Shown: positions 38,698 through 51,500, numbered from the stretch's first letter. The stretch is 64,000 nucleotides of DNA from Octopus bimaculoides (GCF_001194135.2 NC_068983.1:42514017-42578016); one strand, 5' to 3'. Notes: generated from the letters alone by a model not told the origin. Numbers and translations: made by a program.

Positions 38698-39093
38698 TGC
38701 TGCTGATGACTGAGTAGACAACAAAGCAAGAAATATCATTGCAGTTAGAACAAAGTGTCCAATTCACAGGGAAGGTGGTATCTATGGGGGGATGGAAGGG
38801 GATAGAAAAAGGGAAGGTGTGCCATTGAGAAAAATGTGACTTTATGACATTCATAATTTTCTCAAGGGCATCAGTGGGGGTGGGGTAAGGAGTTGGAAGT
38901 GGTTGGGGTTAGGCATTTAAATCACTGATATGAATATCAACAGGATCAGCCAAGATGTTGCAAGCCCCTACCCCCACCCCCCACCTCAGTTGCCACCCAA
39001 ATTGTAAGAAATAGCAGCTATTTCACCCTGAAATCGCACACCCTAAACTCTTAAGGAAAAAAAAAAAAAAAAAAAAAAAGGAAGTTTCCATAC

Positions 39094-39189
39094 ATATATT
39101 AGGCAATCTGTGTTGTGTAAAAATGCCGGGGTGTTGGCCAAAGGTGGAAAGCCTCTGATGATAGGTCACCTCAATGAGTGAGAATGAGC
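39094..39189 (-). CDS. Weak candidate internal exon (96 nt, phase 1-1; (C)SFSLIEVTYHQRLSTFGQHPGIFTQHRLPNI)
   Basis: Acceptor GCTGATTATTCTCAG| and donor |GTATGG. Open in the frame required after the 47715 donor. Unique-sequence island between repeats; no recognisable domain. Confidence 0.2.
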
Positions 39190-39446
39190 CTGAGAATAAT
39201 CAGCATCGACAACAAAACTCAGCCACCACAAACAAGAATTATGAACTAAACTACGGTTGATATCAAAGAAATATATTGGTAAAGAACTTTCATCTTCGAT
39301 GAGACAAATGGGAAAAACATAAAATGTTTGTGTGTGCGTGTGAGTGTATATATATATATATATCTGCACATGTACACTCCCTCATACACAGAAACAAAAG
39401 TATATACACTCACACAATTGTATGTACATGCATGCGTGTATGTATG

Positions 39447-39499
<53 letters not shown>

Positions 39500-39926
39500 C
39501 AGTTTGTAGCCTGGTGTAGCCATCTGGTTCGCCAGTCCTCAGTCAAATCGTCCAACCCATGCTAGCATGGTAAGCGGACGTTAAACGACGATGATGAGGA
39601 TGATGATATATATATATATATATATGTTATATTAGCATGGAAGGCAAATGCTAAATGATGATGACGATATATATACCTGCCCCTGTACACATGCAGATAT
39701 ATATATATATATATATATATACATACACACACAAACACACATGATGTTGTGTCTATATTTATATATCTCCAACTCTGTGTGTGTGTGTGGGTGTTTAATG
39801 TGCAATGTTTCTATTTATAACAGCATCTGTATATGGAGGTGTGTAGGAATATGTCTTCTAAATCCAAATGGTAATTGGCCGAACAGGAAATGATTAAGTG
39901 TCAATGATTGTAATCTTAATGAGGAA

Positions 39927-39959
<33 letters not shown>

Positions 39960-40094
39960 GTTGATCGAGAACACAAAACTATAAGTTAAGCACCCATGTA
40001 TGTAGCAGAGGCTGTTACAATTTTGGCAAGGTACCCACTACATTCATATACAAAAATAAATCCTCTTTGACATTGATGATAATAATAATAACAA

Positions 40095-41075
40095 TCTTTT
40101 CTACTCTAGGCACAAGGCGAGAAATTTTGGCGGAGGGGGCCAGTTGATTAGATCAACCCCAGTACACAACTGATACTTAATTTATCGATCCTGAAAGGAT
40201 GAAAGGTAAAGTCAACCTTGGCGGAATTTGAACTCAGAATGTAGCGACATGCGAAATACCACTAAGCATTTCNNNNNNNNNNNNNNNNNNNNNNNNNNNN
40301 NNNNNNNNNNNNNNNNNNNNNNNNNNNNNNNNNNNNNNNNNNNNNNNNNNNNNNNNNNNNNNNNNNNNNNNNNNNNNNNNNNNNNNNNNNNNNNNNNNNN
40401 NNNNNNNNNNNNNNNNNNNNNNNNNNNNNNNNNNNNNNNNNNGGGGGGGGGGGCTAGTGGATTACATCGACCTCAGAGTTCAACTGGTACTTATTCAATC
40501 GACCCCAAAAGGATGAAGGGCAAAGTCAAATGCAGCAGAATTTGAACTCTGAGCGTAGAGGCACACAAATTGTCATTAAGCATTCTACCAGCTCACGACT
40601 TTAATAATTATAATAATAATTTTTTCTACAGGGAAACATCAGGCCTCAAATTCAGGGGAAAGGATTAAGTCGATCATACCGACACCAGTATGTAACTGGT
40701 ACTTATTTAATCGACCCCCGAAAGGATGAAAGGTAAAGTCAACCTTGGCGGAATTTGAACTCAGAATGTAGCGACATGCGAAATACCACTAAGCATTTCG
40801 CCCAGCGTGCTAACAATTCTGCCAACTTGCCACCTTAATAATGATAATAATATTAACATTCTATTCTACTCTAGATGCAAGGCCCGATATTTTTGGGAAG
40901 TGAGCCAGTTGATTAGATCGACCCCGGTATGCAACTGGTACCTAATTTATCAAACCCGAAGGGATGAAAGGCAAAGTCAACCTCGGTGGAATTTGAACTC
41001 ACAGCGTCAAGATAGATGAAATACCACTAAGCATTTCACCCGGCATGCTAAAAATTCTGCCAGCCCATTGCCTTA
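40095..41075 (-). mobile_element. Four head-to-tail family B copies with TAA spacers
   Basis: Copies at about 40095-40272 (runs into a gap), 40442-40605, 40625-40838 and 40862-41075. Confidence 0.88.
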
Positions 41076-41416
41076 ATAGTGATGATAATAATAATAATAA
41101 TAATAATAACAATAATAATCATTTAATGCCTGTTTTCCATGCTGGCATAGGTTGGACAGCTTGCAGGAGGAAACAGTTAATTATATCGACAAGTGCTTGA
41201 CTGTTAATTGTTTTATCAACACCAGAAGGTTGAGCAAAAGGCAAAGTTAAACAATTTGAAATTAGAATGTGAAAAGTGATAACTAAATATCACCAGACAT
41301 CTTGTCAGGAGCTCTAACAATTCTGTCCCACGTCCACCCTCCAAACATAATCACAGTGTTGATGGATAAAATAACTGAAAGAAATTAATTTTGTTTTGGT
41401 TTGGTTTCAAAAGACA

Positions 41417-42172
41417 GGTGCAGGTATGGCTGTGTGGTGTAAGAAACTTGCTTCTCAACCACATGGTTCTGGGTTCAGTCCCACTGCAGGACACTATTAT
41501 AGCCTCAAGCTGACTAACGCCTTGTGAGAGAATTTGGTAGAAACTGAAAGAAGCCTGTCGTGTATGTATATGTGTCTGCTATTTGTCCATCACCACTCGA
41601 CAACAACCAGTGTTTGTGTCTTTACACCCCACCTCCATAACTTAGCAGTCTGACAAAAGAAACTGATAGAATATGTACCATTCTTAAGTTAACAAAAAAA
41701 AATGTACTGGGATCGATTCACTTGACTAAAAGTTCTTGAAGGTGGTACCCCAGTATGGCTGCAGTTTGATGATTAAAAAAAGATAATGTATACATATTGT
41801 GTGGGTAGAGGCCCGGGCGTGGCTGTGTGGTAAGAAGCTTGCTTCCCAACCACACAGTTCCGGGTTCAGTCCCACTGCATAACACCTTGAACAAGTGTAT
41901 TCTACTATAGCCTTGGGCCAACCAAAGCCTTGCGAGTGGATCTGGTAGGTGGAAAGTTAAAGAAGCCCATCGTATATATGTTCCACCCCACCCACCATCG
42001 CTTGACAACCAATGTTGGTGTGTTTACATCCCCATAATTTGGTGGTAAGGCAAAAGAACCCGATAGAATAAGTACTAGGCTTACAAAGAATAAACCCTGG
42101 GATCAATTTGTTTGACTAAAGACAGAGCTCCAGAATGATCACACTCAAATGAGTGAAACAAATAAAAAAGAT
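41417..42172 (+). mobile_element. Two tandem SINE family A copies (41417-41785, 41810-42172)
   Basis: Two heads GCTGTGTGGT..AAG and two tails. Confidence 0.85.
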
Positions 42173-42237
42173 AATAAAATGCCTACATAAATATAGACAC
42201 ATATGCATCATATTAAGCAAATGTGTTGCATGCATGA

Positions 42238-42380
42238 GTTCAAATTCTGCTGAGGTCAACTTTGCCTTTCATCCTTTTGGGGTCGATAAATTAAGTACCA
42301 GTTGCATACTGGTGTCAATCTAATTGACTGGGCTCCTACCCCAAAATTTCAGGCCTTGTGCCTAGAGCAGAAAAGAATTT
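42238..42380 (+). mobile_element. 5'-truncated family B copy
   Basis: GAGTTCAAATTCTGCTGAGGTCAACTTTGCCTTTCATCCTTTTGGGGTCGATAAATTAAGTACCAG. Confidence 0.85.
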
Positions 42381-43199
42381 ATATATATATATGAGCGAAT
42401 AAGTATTTATACATAGAGAAGTTACCCTTGACAGGACACCTTACATGCTAGAAAGGGCAGCCAAACCCAAACTATGAAATGTAATTCCAAAGAGAATGAA
42501 AACAAAAAAATTATTTACAGATATATACACTCTTATATATGAAAATATGTTGTCTACTGACTTTTATTATGCATGCTAGCCACCGATATGAAAATTTTTC
42601 TAAATTTTCTACCCTTATAATTTTCTCAGTAATATATATATATCTTTGATCTTTTGCTTGCTTCAGTCATTAGATTGCAGTATGCATGCACTCATAAATA
42701 TACACAATGTTCGTGAGTATGCACACACACTTATGCAACACACACACACTCACATACCTGTGCGTACGAAGGAGTGCACGTGTTTACACACATACCTGAT
42801 AAGAAACAATTTAACAGCAACAACAGAAAGAAGAAGAAAAAAAATGTGAATGCTGGAGGTTGAGTGAGTTTACAGAAAAAGAGAAATTCTCATTATGCCA
42901 CCTCAGTGGTGGTGGTGGAGAAGGGGGGGGGGAGTAGAGATGAAGGGAACAAAGAAGAACGACAGTGAAACAGCTCAGTGCTGCCAGTCACCTATAAAAA
43001 GTACAAATCTGACCTTCAAACTAACATTGAACTGGTATCTACTTTCACCTACACTTGTAGCAAGGGGAAATAAATACGACTGGCACAATGTCTCTGCACA
43101 AACACAGAAATGTAATAACCACAACAATATTTGCTGGTGCCCCCCCACACACACAAACACACTTTCACTCTATTTTCACTGGCACAAAAATACATGCAA

Positions 43200-43428
43200 A
43201 ATTATATATACGTGAGTGCATGTGTTGTGTGCGTGTGTATAATACATATATGCACCATATACATATCTATATATATATATACACACACACACACATATGT
43301 ACTATAAACAGATACACACAAGTACTATATGTGTGCATATACACACACATGCACTGTATACCTATGTGTGCATATATATATATATACACACACATGCACT
43401 ATATACATATACACACACGTATGCACTA

Positions 43429-43469
<41 letters not shown>

Positions 43470-43690
43470 TATATATATACGCACATACATACTATATGTA
43501 TGTATATATACACACATGCACTGTATACCTATGTGTGCATATATATATACACACATGCACTATATACATATACACACACATGCACTATATATACACACAC
43601 ACACGCACTAAATATATATATAATAATACACACACACATGCCCTATATACATATATACATACATGTACTATATACATATACACAAAGAGA
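43200..43690. repeat. Compound TA/CA microsatellite with internal higher-order duplication
   Basis: The block ACACATGCACTGTATACCTATGTGTGCATATATATA occurs twice (about 43345 and 43512). Representative of dozens of (TA)n, (TG)n, (AG)n, (TAA)n, (GAT)n and (CAC)n tracts in the window. Confidence 0.9.
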
Positions 43691-43793
43691 TTGAGGTTTG
43701 TTTTAATGTCAAGTTATATCTAAAAACAATTTAATGTTAAACTCAAGGATCACTCAAATTCTTTTTACAAGAGTAGAGGTTTATTAATTTTTA

Positions 43794-43893
43794 CAAGGAA
43801 AAGTTCGACAGTGACTTCGAAGTTGGTTCATCATCATCACTCTGATGACGACAGGCAAGCTAAAACTTCAAAAGCTGCTGCTAATCTTTCCCT
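43794..43893. mobile_element. Decayed second copy of the 51501 hairpin MITE
   Basis: TA-CAAGGAAAAG...GTGACTTCGAAGTT...GGCAAGCTAAAACTTC shared with the 51501 copy. Confidence 0.6.
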
Positions 43894-44310
43894 TACAATG
43901 TAATATACATCCTCCACTGTAGCATCCACATCCTTGTTAAGCAAAATCAAAAATGAAAGTAGACACTTTGTGAAAGCAAATGTAAACATCAGGACAAAAG
44001 AAATACTGTACAGAGAGCATGGAGTTGTAAATACTGTAAACATTTAGTGAAATATTGAAAAATATTGAGAGGTAAACCAAGATGTAATATTATGGGACAT
44101 GACTGAAAGAACCAAATCAATAATTTTTTTGCCACAAGGACGCCAGTGCAGGTAGCATTATGAGACTGTATTACATAAACAGTCAATGTGGCTTTTACGG
44201 AGAGTATGAGGAAATGCATGGAAAACAACGCAGAAAAATATGCCTTCATAAGAGAGCAATCATTGAATGCTATGAGTGAGCCTCATAAGTTGACTAAACT
44301 AGTAAATAAT

Positions 44311-46307
44311 AATCTTTTCTACGAAAAGCACAAGGCCTGAAATTTTTGGGGAGGAGGAAACGCGATCACACAGACTCCATCTCTTGACTGGTACTTAATT
44401 TATTGATCCCCATCCTCCCAAAAAGATGAAAGGCAAAGTCGACTTAATATAATAATAATAATAATGGTTTCTGGTTTAGATGCAAGACCAGCAATTAAAT
44501 GGGTGTGTGTGATTAGAGAGGATCATTGACCCTAGCATGTGACTGGTCCTTATTTTATCAACACTGAAAGGACAAACAGCAAAGCTGGCCTCGGCTGGAT
44601 TTGAACTCTGAATGTAAAGAGTCCAAAGAAACATTATTAAGCATTTCTGTCTGATGCATTAATGATTACGCCACATCACTGTTCTTAAATCATTCAAATT
44701 TCGGTACAAGGACAGCAATTTTAGGGGGAGGAGCTTAACTGCTACCATCAACTATGGTACTTGAGGGGTACTTTATTTTTATCAACTCTCAATTCCCCCA
44801 ACCCCCACCCCCTGAAAGGATGGCAGGTAAAATTGACCTTGGCGGCATTTGAACCTTATAGCGAAAGGAATTCAAAGAAATGCTTCTAAATATTTTGTCC
44901 AACATGCTAACAAACCTGCCAGCTCGCTACCTTCAAAAATTATAAATAATGATAACAATAATAATAATAGTAATAATAATAATAATAACTGTTTCAAATT
45001 CTGGCACAAAGCCAGTAATCTTAATGACAGAAGGGTGCCTAGTCAATACCCGCAATTCCCAACCCCAGTACTTGACTGATTACTTTATCATATTAACCCC
45101 ACCACCACAGACAAAAGGCAACACTGACCTCATAACAACAACAACAACAACAAATATACAGATTCATTTTTTTTTTCTTTTATAGATTGTAGATAAGCAT
45201 GGGTATTTATATTAAATTAGGTGAAATAAAGAAGATACGGTCTTCAAGCTTTGTCTTAATCAGGATCGTTTAGAAGTGTGTTGCTGCTTTCCACAACATA
45301 GTATTCACCCATGTTGCAAATGACCTCTGTATGTCACGCAATCTCATTTCTGTCTCACCTTCCACCTCTGATATAAACACAACACTTTTTATTATGCTTT
45401 GCCTGTCGCATACATAATAGCAGGTTTCTTTATTTTACTTTATTTACACACAGATATGAAGTGTGGAAGATTTCGGAGAGATTTCTAACCGTTTGCAATA
45501 TAATATAGGTAGACTAGAACATTAGGTAGATTGTCAGGCCAAAAAAAAAATAAATAAATAAAAAGGAACAATGCAACACGTTTCCTTGTATTATGTTTAG
45601 CCGTGATTCTCTGCATTCTGATTTCAAATCTTGCCAAGGTCAACTTTGTTTTGAATGTGTTTCGGTGGGAGGAAATAAAGTAAATATACCAGTGTGCTTT
45701 GTGTGTGGCTTTAGCGAGCCTGTTAGAGAACTGATGTTAGCAGAGAAGGAAGAGGAAATAGTAGCAAACAGGGAATTTGAAACAAAATTAGAGATGAAAA
45801 CAATAACGGAATGAATGGTGGTGATGGGGATGGTGAGGGACACGTTGAAAAACAACAACAATAACAACAACAAATCCTTTCTATTATAGGCACAAAGCCT
45901 GAAAATTGCAGGGTGGGAGAGGGTTAGACAAATACATCAACCCCAGCGGAATTTGAACTTATAATAATAATAATAAAGATACAACAATGCTGATGGTGAT
46001 TTCTTACACAGAAAGGTCTAAACATTAAGAGAAAGGGGAGAGTTGATTATATCGACCCAGTATTTTATCAATATATAATAATAATCTTTTTTTCCCCCCT
46101 ACTCTAGGCACAAGGCCCGGAATTTTTAGAAAGGGGGCCAGTCGATTACATCGACCCCAGAATGCAACTGGTACTTAATTTATCAACCCCAAACGGATGA
46201 AAGGCAAAGTCGACCTCGGCAGAATTTGAACTCAGAACGTAAAGACAGACGAAATACCGCTAAGCATTTTGCCCGGCATGCTAATGATTCTGCCAGTTCA
46301 TCGCCTT

Positions 46308-46308
<1 letters not shown>
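44311..46308 (-). mobile_element. Cluster of about 7 family B copies or fragments, all on the minus strand
   Basis: Copies near 44311, 44465, 44692, 44990, 45875 and 46000, plus a near-intact copy at 46097-46308; TAA/CAA spacers. Confidence 0.8.
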
Positions 46309-46339
<31 letters not shown>

Positions 46340-47101
46340 CATTATATATATGAAAATGAAAATGTGGTCCAAAAGAGAAAAATCACACACACATGAATGT
46401 ATGTAAGTATGAAAATGTTAGTAATGTGTGTGTGTATGAGGGGGGGGGGTATTAAGTAGTGGTGTGAATTGGAATGAGACATATAATAATTGGGGTCTTA
46501 CATTTAACCTTAGCCAATAAATCTTATCCCACGCAAACCCTTAATCCTTTTAGTGACAGATTTCCCTAATGTGTAGACTGGTTGATTAAAGAGTTTTAAT
46601 TCAATAATAATATAGTAAAAAAAATTTTGGAAAAGCTTTGTAAAATGTATGTGGTTGCATATCATGCTAGTATGAACCAAGTGAAATCCTAAGTTATCAT
46701 AGATGTATAACAAGATTTCGGTCAAGAATCTGAGCAGGTGGTCACAGGTGGATTGGTAGTAAGTGAACTAAGCCAGTAAGACTAATAGAGATATGTGAGG
46801 AATTTTTCCAAATATGTTTTATCAAGGAACAGAATGTTTTGGGGGAAAAACATTTTTTTTAGAAAGCTCCATTCATTTTCCCCTGGTACACCATATATAC
46901 ACACACACACACGCAGGTAACAAACAGGAAACTGTGTGTATATATAGGTTTGTGTAGACACACACTTTCACAGTCATATATATATATATATATATATATA
47001 TCTTTACTAATATTTAGCAGAAGCAACAGAGTGACTCAAGGAGTGAGAATTTCGTGCAGTAGCACTTACCTAAGTTGATTCTACTAAACATTAAACATTA
47101 T

Positions 47102-47138
<37 letters not shown>

Positions 47139-47145
47139 CTTACAT

Positions 47146-47190
<45 letters not shown>

Positions 47191-47714
47191 TACATAAATA
47201 TACATACATACACTCATGCTTTGAGTTCTATTTTTCGTTTGCATCACCAAGCCTATACACACACACACATACAAACATATATACATTCACACACAAATAC
47301 ATGCATGATTTTCATTCATTGATCTGGGAAGAAAAAAGGGGCAGCAAGTGCTCTTAGTGTTTTCAGGTCCTCCTTCGAGGCTATAGAGTCAGTTACAACT
47401 TCAAACAGATATTTAATATGCAAACATGTGTGTCCATGTTTGTAAACACAAGATGGAAACAGTACATGGGCAATCAACCTACTAGAAATAACAGCTAAAT
47501 CTCACTCAAACCATATACCATACTCGGTTAACAAAACAAAAGGAGGGATAAGTTAGATAGTTAATAATGGACCTAGAAGAAAAAAAGAGAAGGGATCATT
47601 ACAAGTGTAACACTTTGGATCATAGGTCAGCTGGAGCAAGGTGGATCTAGGGCTTAAGAATAACAACAAAGAAAAGAGTCAAATAGATTTTGTTTGTTTT
47701 AATGTTTTACTCAC

Positions 47715-47946
47715 AGAGGGAATCCATGGTTCCAGTACTTGCATTGCTAGATCTTCTGCCATCTCCAACTAAACTGGCAACTTGTAAACTGATCCGACGA
47801 TCCAACTGGATACTGTGTCTTTTACGACCAGCTTTGGTCTTGAAACCTTCTTCGGCTTCTTCAATACTCCGCATCTTTTCCGTTACATCGAACTTATCGT
47901 CGTCATTTGAGTGGTTTTTAGACATCAGTCTTTTCACGAAAGACAT
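47715..47946 (-). CDS. First coding exon of an unidentified protein (MSFVKRLMSKNHSNDDDKFDVTEKMRSIEEAEEGFKTKAGRKRHSIQLDRRISLQVASLVGDGRRSSNASTGTMDSL, phase-1 intron follows)
   Basis: The ATG at 47946 is the first ATG after a strong acceptor and is preceded by an A-rich leader and an in-frame upstream TAG. 77 codons of non-repetitive, protein-like sequence end in a consensus donor CTCT|GTGAGT (GT at 47714-47713). Contains RKRHS, RRIS and RRSS basophilic kinase-type motifs. Confidence 0.75.
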
Positions 47947-48127
47947 CCTGAATTTTTTTGTGTTTTTTTTTTTTTTAAATTCCTCTTTTTTTACTTTATC
48001 TTTAGTGGGCTTGTTCTCGGAAAGAAAGCTGAAATACTTCCGACCTGACCTCACCTCACCTTCTAACTTGACCTAACGAGACTGCCAGGTATGACAGACC
48101 CTACCAGTCAATGTTTTAACAGAACGG
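47947..48127 (-). other. 5'UTR part of the same exon, with upstream splice acceptor
   Basis: On the minus strand a long pyrimidine tract with CTCAC/CTAAC branch-like motifs ends in CTCTAG| (AG = plus 48128-48129). There is no ATG between 48127 and 47946. Confidence 0.5.
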
Positions 48128-50150
48128 CTAGAGTTAGAGTGAGTGATAGTGAGTCAAGTGAGTAAATGAGTGGAAAGCAAGAACGAAAGACAGAGATAGA
48201 GAGAGAAAGAGAGAGAGAGAGAGTATGTGAGAAAGAGAGAGAGAGCCCAAGGACATTTGAAAGCTAAATGTTAAAATTGCTATTTACCACTTACACGGAG
48301 TGTTGAAAAAGTAACTGTTTGACTGTTCAAGAAGTATGAAAGCTAGTCTTAGATCAGCTGCTAGTTATTTGGACTGGGCTGGACTGGGGTGGTGGTTTTT
48401 GGTACTCTTTTACTACCTGTTTTGGAATTTAACAATTTCCAAAATAATAATATTGAAAGTAAAATATATTACTGATAGATAACAAGAGAAAAAAGTTGTT
48501 GCTAAAATTTTGTGAAAACCAATGTGACTTTTATGTATGACACAGCTAATTAATTAACTGTAATTAGACGAAAGAATTAATTTTTTTAGCAGTGTCAACA
48601 AAAGTACTGAATAAATAACCAAGATTTTGAAGAGGGGATTGAATGAGCAAATTGTAGGAAGTTAAGAAAACTTTGGTTGGAAAAGTTCCTAAGTGAGTGA
48701 GGCTTTTTGGCGGGGCCAAGTGACAACTGCCAGGTAGTAGCAGTACCTTAAACAATGTGTGGTAGATGAGGTGTACCGTACACAAGTGAAACACATCACA
48801 CTTTCAGATGAAAGTTGATGACAAGTGGTTGGTATGTGAAAGTGAGTGAATGTGTGCGTGCGCGTGTTTGTGTATGTGTGTGTGTGTAGTTTATTATATC
48901 AGCCCAGCAGGTATCCCCTTATGTACAAGTTCTGGTTGGTCAGCTACCTGAAGTAGAGGAGTCAAGGAAGGAAAGAAATAAAGTTTGGCAGCTTTTGACC
49001 ACTCCCCCTCCTTGAATACAAAACTCACTGCTTATGTGAGTTGGAGGAAAGAGAAGGAGAGAGGCGGATGAGGTGAAAAGAAGAGAGAGAGAGAGAGAGA
49101 GAAAGAAAGAGTGAGAGGGGGCAACCGCAGAAATAATTTTGAAAGTAGGAGATAAAAATCAAAAAAACTATGTAAACAAAGTAAAAATGTAAAACTGATT
49201 TTAATTTGTTCACACTCTGGTGAGGATGTATTTTGGAAAGTCTGCTAGGAAGAAGCTTCACGTCAGCTGAGAGGACAAATCGAGAGAGGGGGAGAATAAG
49301 AGCAGCAAAACCAAAACAAGAAACGACGAAATGTATGGCTTAGAAAGAAAACGGCGGGTGGGGGGGAGTCTTCAGACATGGACTTAACGCACTAGGAAGA
49401 AGGCAATATAGATAGGAATTATGAATCTTTCAACGTAAAGTGGGATAATGCAGATACCATTGTAACTGAATCGATAGCAACAGCAGCAGCAGCGAAGAAA
49501 TCACTAAAAAAATGTATATAAAAGAAAGAATCAGAGCGAGGAAAATATTTCACCGCAATGGTGGTTTATGAGGAGAGGGGGAGCGAGAGAGAAGCGAATG
49601 GTACATTGGCTGTGTAAATAGAAGTGAAACCTTCTCCAGGGAAGGGGGCTATACATAGAATTGGCTGTAGTAGATGGAAGGTAACAATGAATAGAAATCG
49701 AAGAAGGCGGTGTTAAAAGAAGATAAACCGTTAACACAGACAGAACATAGCAGCTAAGGGTAGAAAAGCAGATTAGCTAAGAAGAAGTACAATAATAATA
49801 ATGATAATACATGCTTCGTTGTCGCAGCAACATACTTCGCCTCTTTCCTAACCGTGACAGTAAAATTGGAGATGGATGGAGGTATAACAATACTATACTG
49901 GATTAAACCGTTCGGTGGTAGCACTTGGTCCCACCAAGGCCTTACAAACACCTGAAGGAAGCATGTGTGGTTGGTGGCTCCCGGAAGATTCGGTATCACA
50001 GCAGCATTGCAGTGCAGTCGCAGTAGACGTGTCGAGGTGGTCGCAGCTCTAATTGGTAGTAGTAGCAGCAGCAAACAGCGGCTGTGGCGACCAAACAGCA
50101 GCAAATTGTAAACCAATGTTTCTTCAGTAGGAACAGCTAGGCTAGTCTTT
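48128..50150 (-). promoter_or_regulatory. Candidate promoter / 5' non-coding exon region of the minus-strand gene
   Basis: Visibly richer in CpG and GC and free of SINE copies compared with 1-47 kb. Potential donors GTAAGT (plus ACTTAC near 48290) and GTGAGT (plus ACTCAC 49023-49028). An ATG-free candidate UTR exon lies at 49836-49951 (TTCAG|...GAA|GTATGT). Confidence 0.4.
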
Positions 50151-50187
50151 CACTTTATATATTACTATACATAAATAAATACATCAT

Positions 50188-50244
<57 letters not shown>

Positions 50245-51500
50245 TATCAAGCTAGCGCACTCNNNNNNNNNNNNNNNNNNNNNNNNNNNNNNNNNNNNNN
50301 NNNNNNNNNNNNNNNNNNNNNNNNNNNNNNNNNNNNNNNNNNNNNNNNNNNNNNNNNNNNNNNNNNNNNNNNNNNNNNNNNNNNNNNNNNNNNNNNNNNN
50401 NNNNNNNNNNNNNNNNNNNNNNNNNNNNNNNNNNNNNNNNNNNNNNNNNNNNNNNNNNNNNNNNNNNNNNNNNNNNNNNNNNNNNNNNNNNNNNNNNNNN
50501 NNNNNNNNNNNNNNNNNNNNNNNNNNNNNNNNNNNNNNNNNNNNNNNNNNNNNNNNNNNNNNNNNNNNNNNNNNNNNNNNNNNNNNNNNNNNNNNNNNNN
50601 NNNNNNNNNNNNNNNNNNNNNNNNNNNNNNNNNNNNNNNNNNNNNNNNNNNNNNNNNNNNNNNNNNNNNNNNNNNNNNNNNNNNNNNNNNNNNNNNNNNN
50701 NNNNNNNNNNNNNNNNNNNNNNNNNNNNNNNNNNNNNNNNNNNNNNNNNNNNNNNNNNNNNNNNNNNNNNNNNNNNNNNNNNNNNNNNNNNNNNNNNNNN
50801 NNNNNNNNNNNNNNNNNNNNNNNNNNNNNNNNNNNNNNNNNNNNNNNNNNNNNNNNNNNNNNNNNNNNNNNNNNNNNNNNNNNNNNNNNNNNNNNNNNNN
50901 NNNNNNNNNNNNNNNNNNNNNNNNNNNNNNNNNNNNNNNNNNNNNNNNNNNNNNNNNNNNNNNNNNNNNNNNNNNNNNNNNNNAAAAATTAAAGGAACTG
51001 TGTATTGGATAATATATTCCAAGAAATGCTGTGTCTAAATAAAAAAGAAAAAAGAAAGGGAGAAAGAGAGAAAGAGGGAGGGAGGGAGGGAAAGGGGAAA
51101 CGGATGAGATGGCTACGGCTAGAATGTTTGACCAGGTCTGCAGGATCAGAACTGACCAGGGGCTAAACAATCACAACCAGAAAGATATTAAAAAAATAAA
51201 CAAGTGCAACGGACATACGAGGACAGAAACTGTCATTTTGTTATTTTAATTGAATTAACGGAATTTATATATATACATATACGTCTGCTAGTCTATAAAG
51301 AAGAACTGAAGAAATTCTTGGATGTTTAATGACAGAGAATGAGAGAAAAAGAAAGAGAATTGGTAAGTAATTTATCAAACAAACATTTTTATTTTTTCTA
51401 TAAAATAATAATAAATATAGTATGTGTGTGTGTGTGTGTGTGTGTGTATACACACAACGATAACTTAATACTTTTTCGCAGACTACATATCTATTTTTCA

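Noticed and set aside
43837-44043. Protein-like ORF ...DVDATVEDVYYIVRERLAAAFEVLACLSSSE
   Set aside because: Its 3' half lies in the decayed hairpin MITE at 43794-43893, and there is no convincing donor.
45250-45370. Minus-strand peptide IQRSFATWVNTML resembling a calponin-homology start
   Set aside because: Joining to the phase-1 donor creates TAG, the frame ends in TAA without a donor, and the segment looks like a PLE-type repeat tail.
49754-50116. 120-aa minus ORF in the GC-richer zone
   Set aside because: Starts at a non-ATG codon and includes CAG/TAG repeats; better explained as promoter or 5'UTR sequence.
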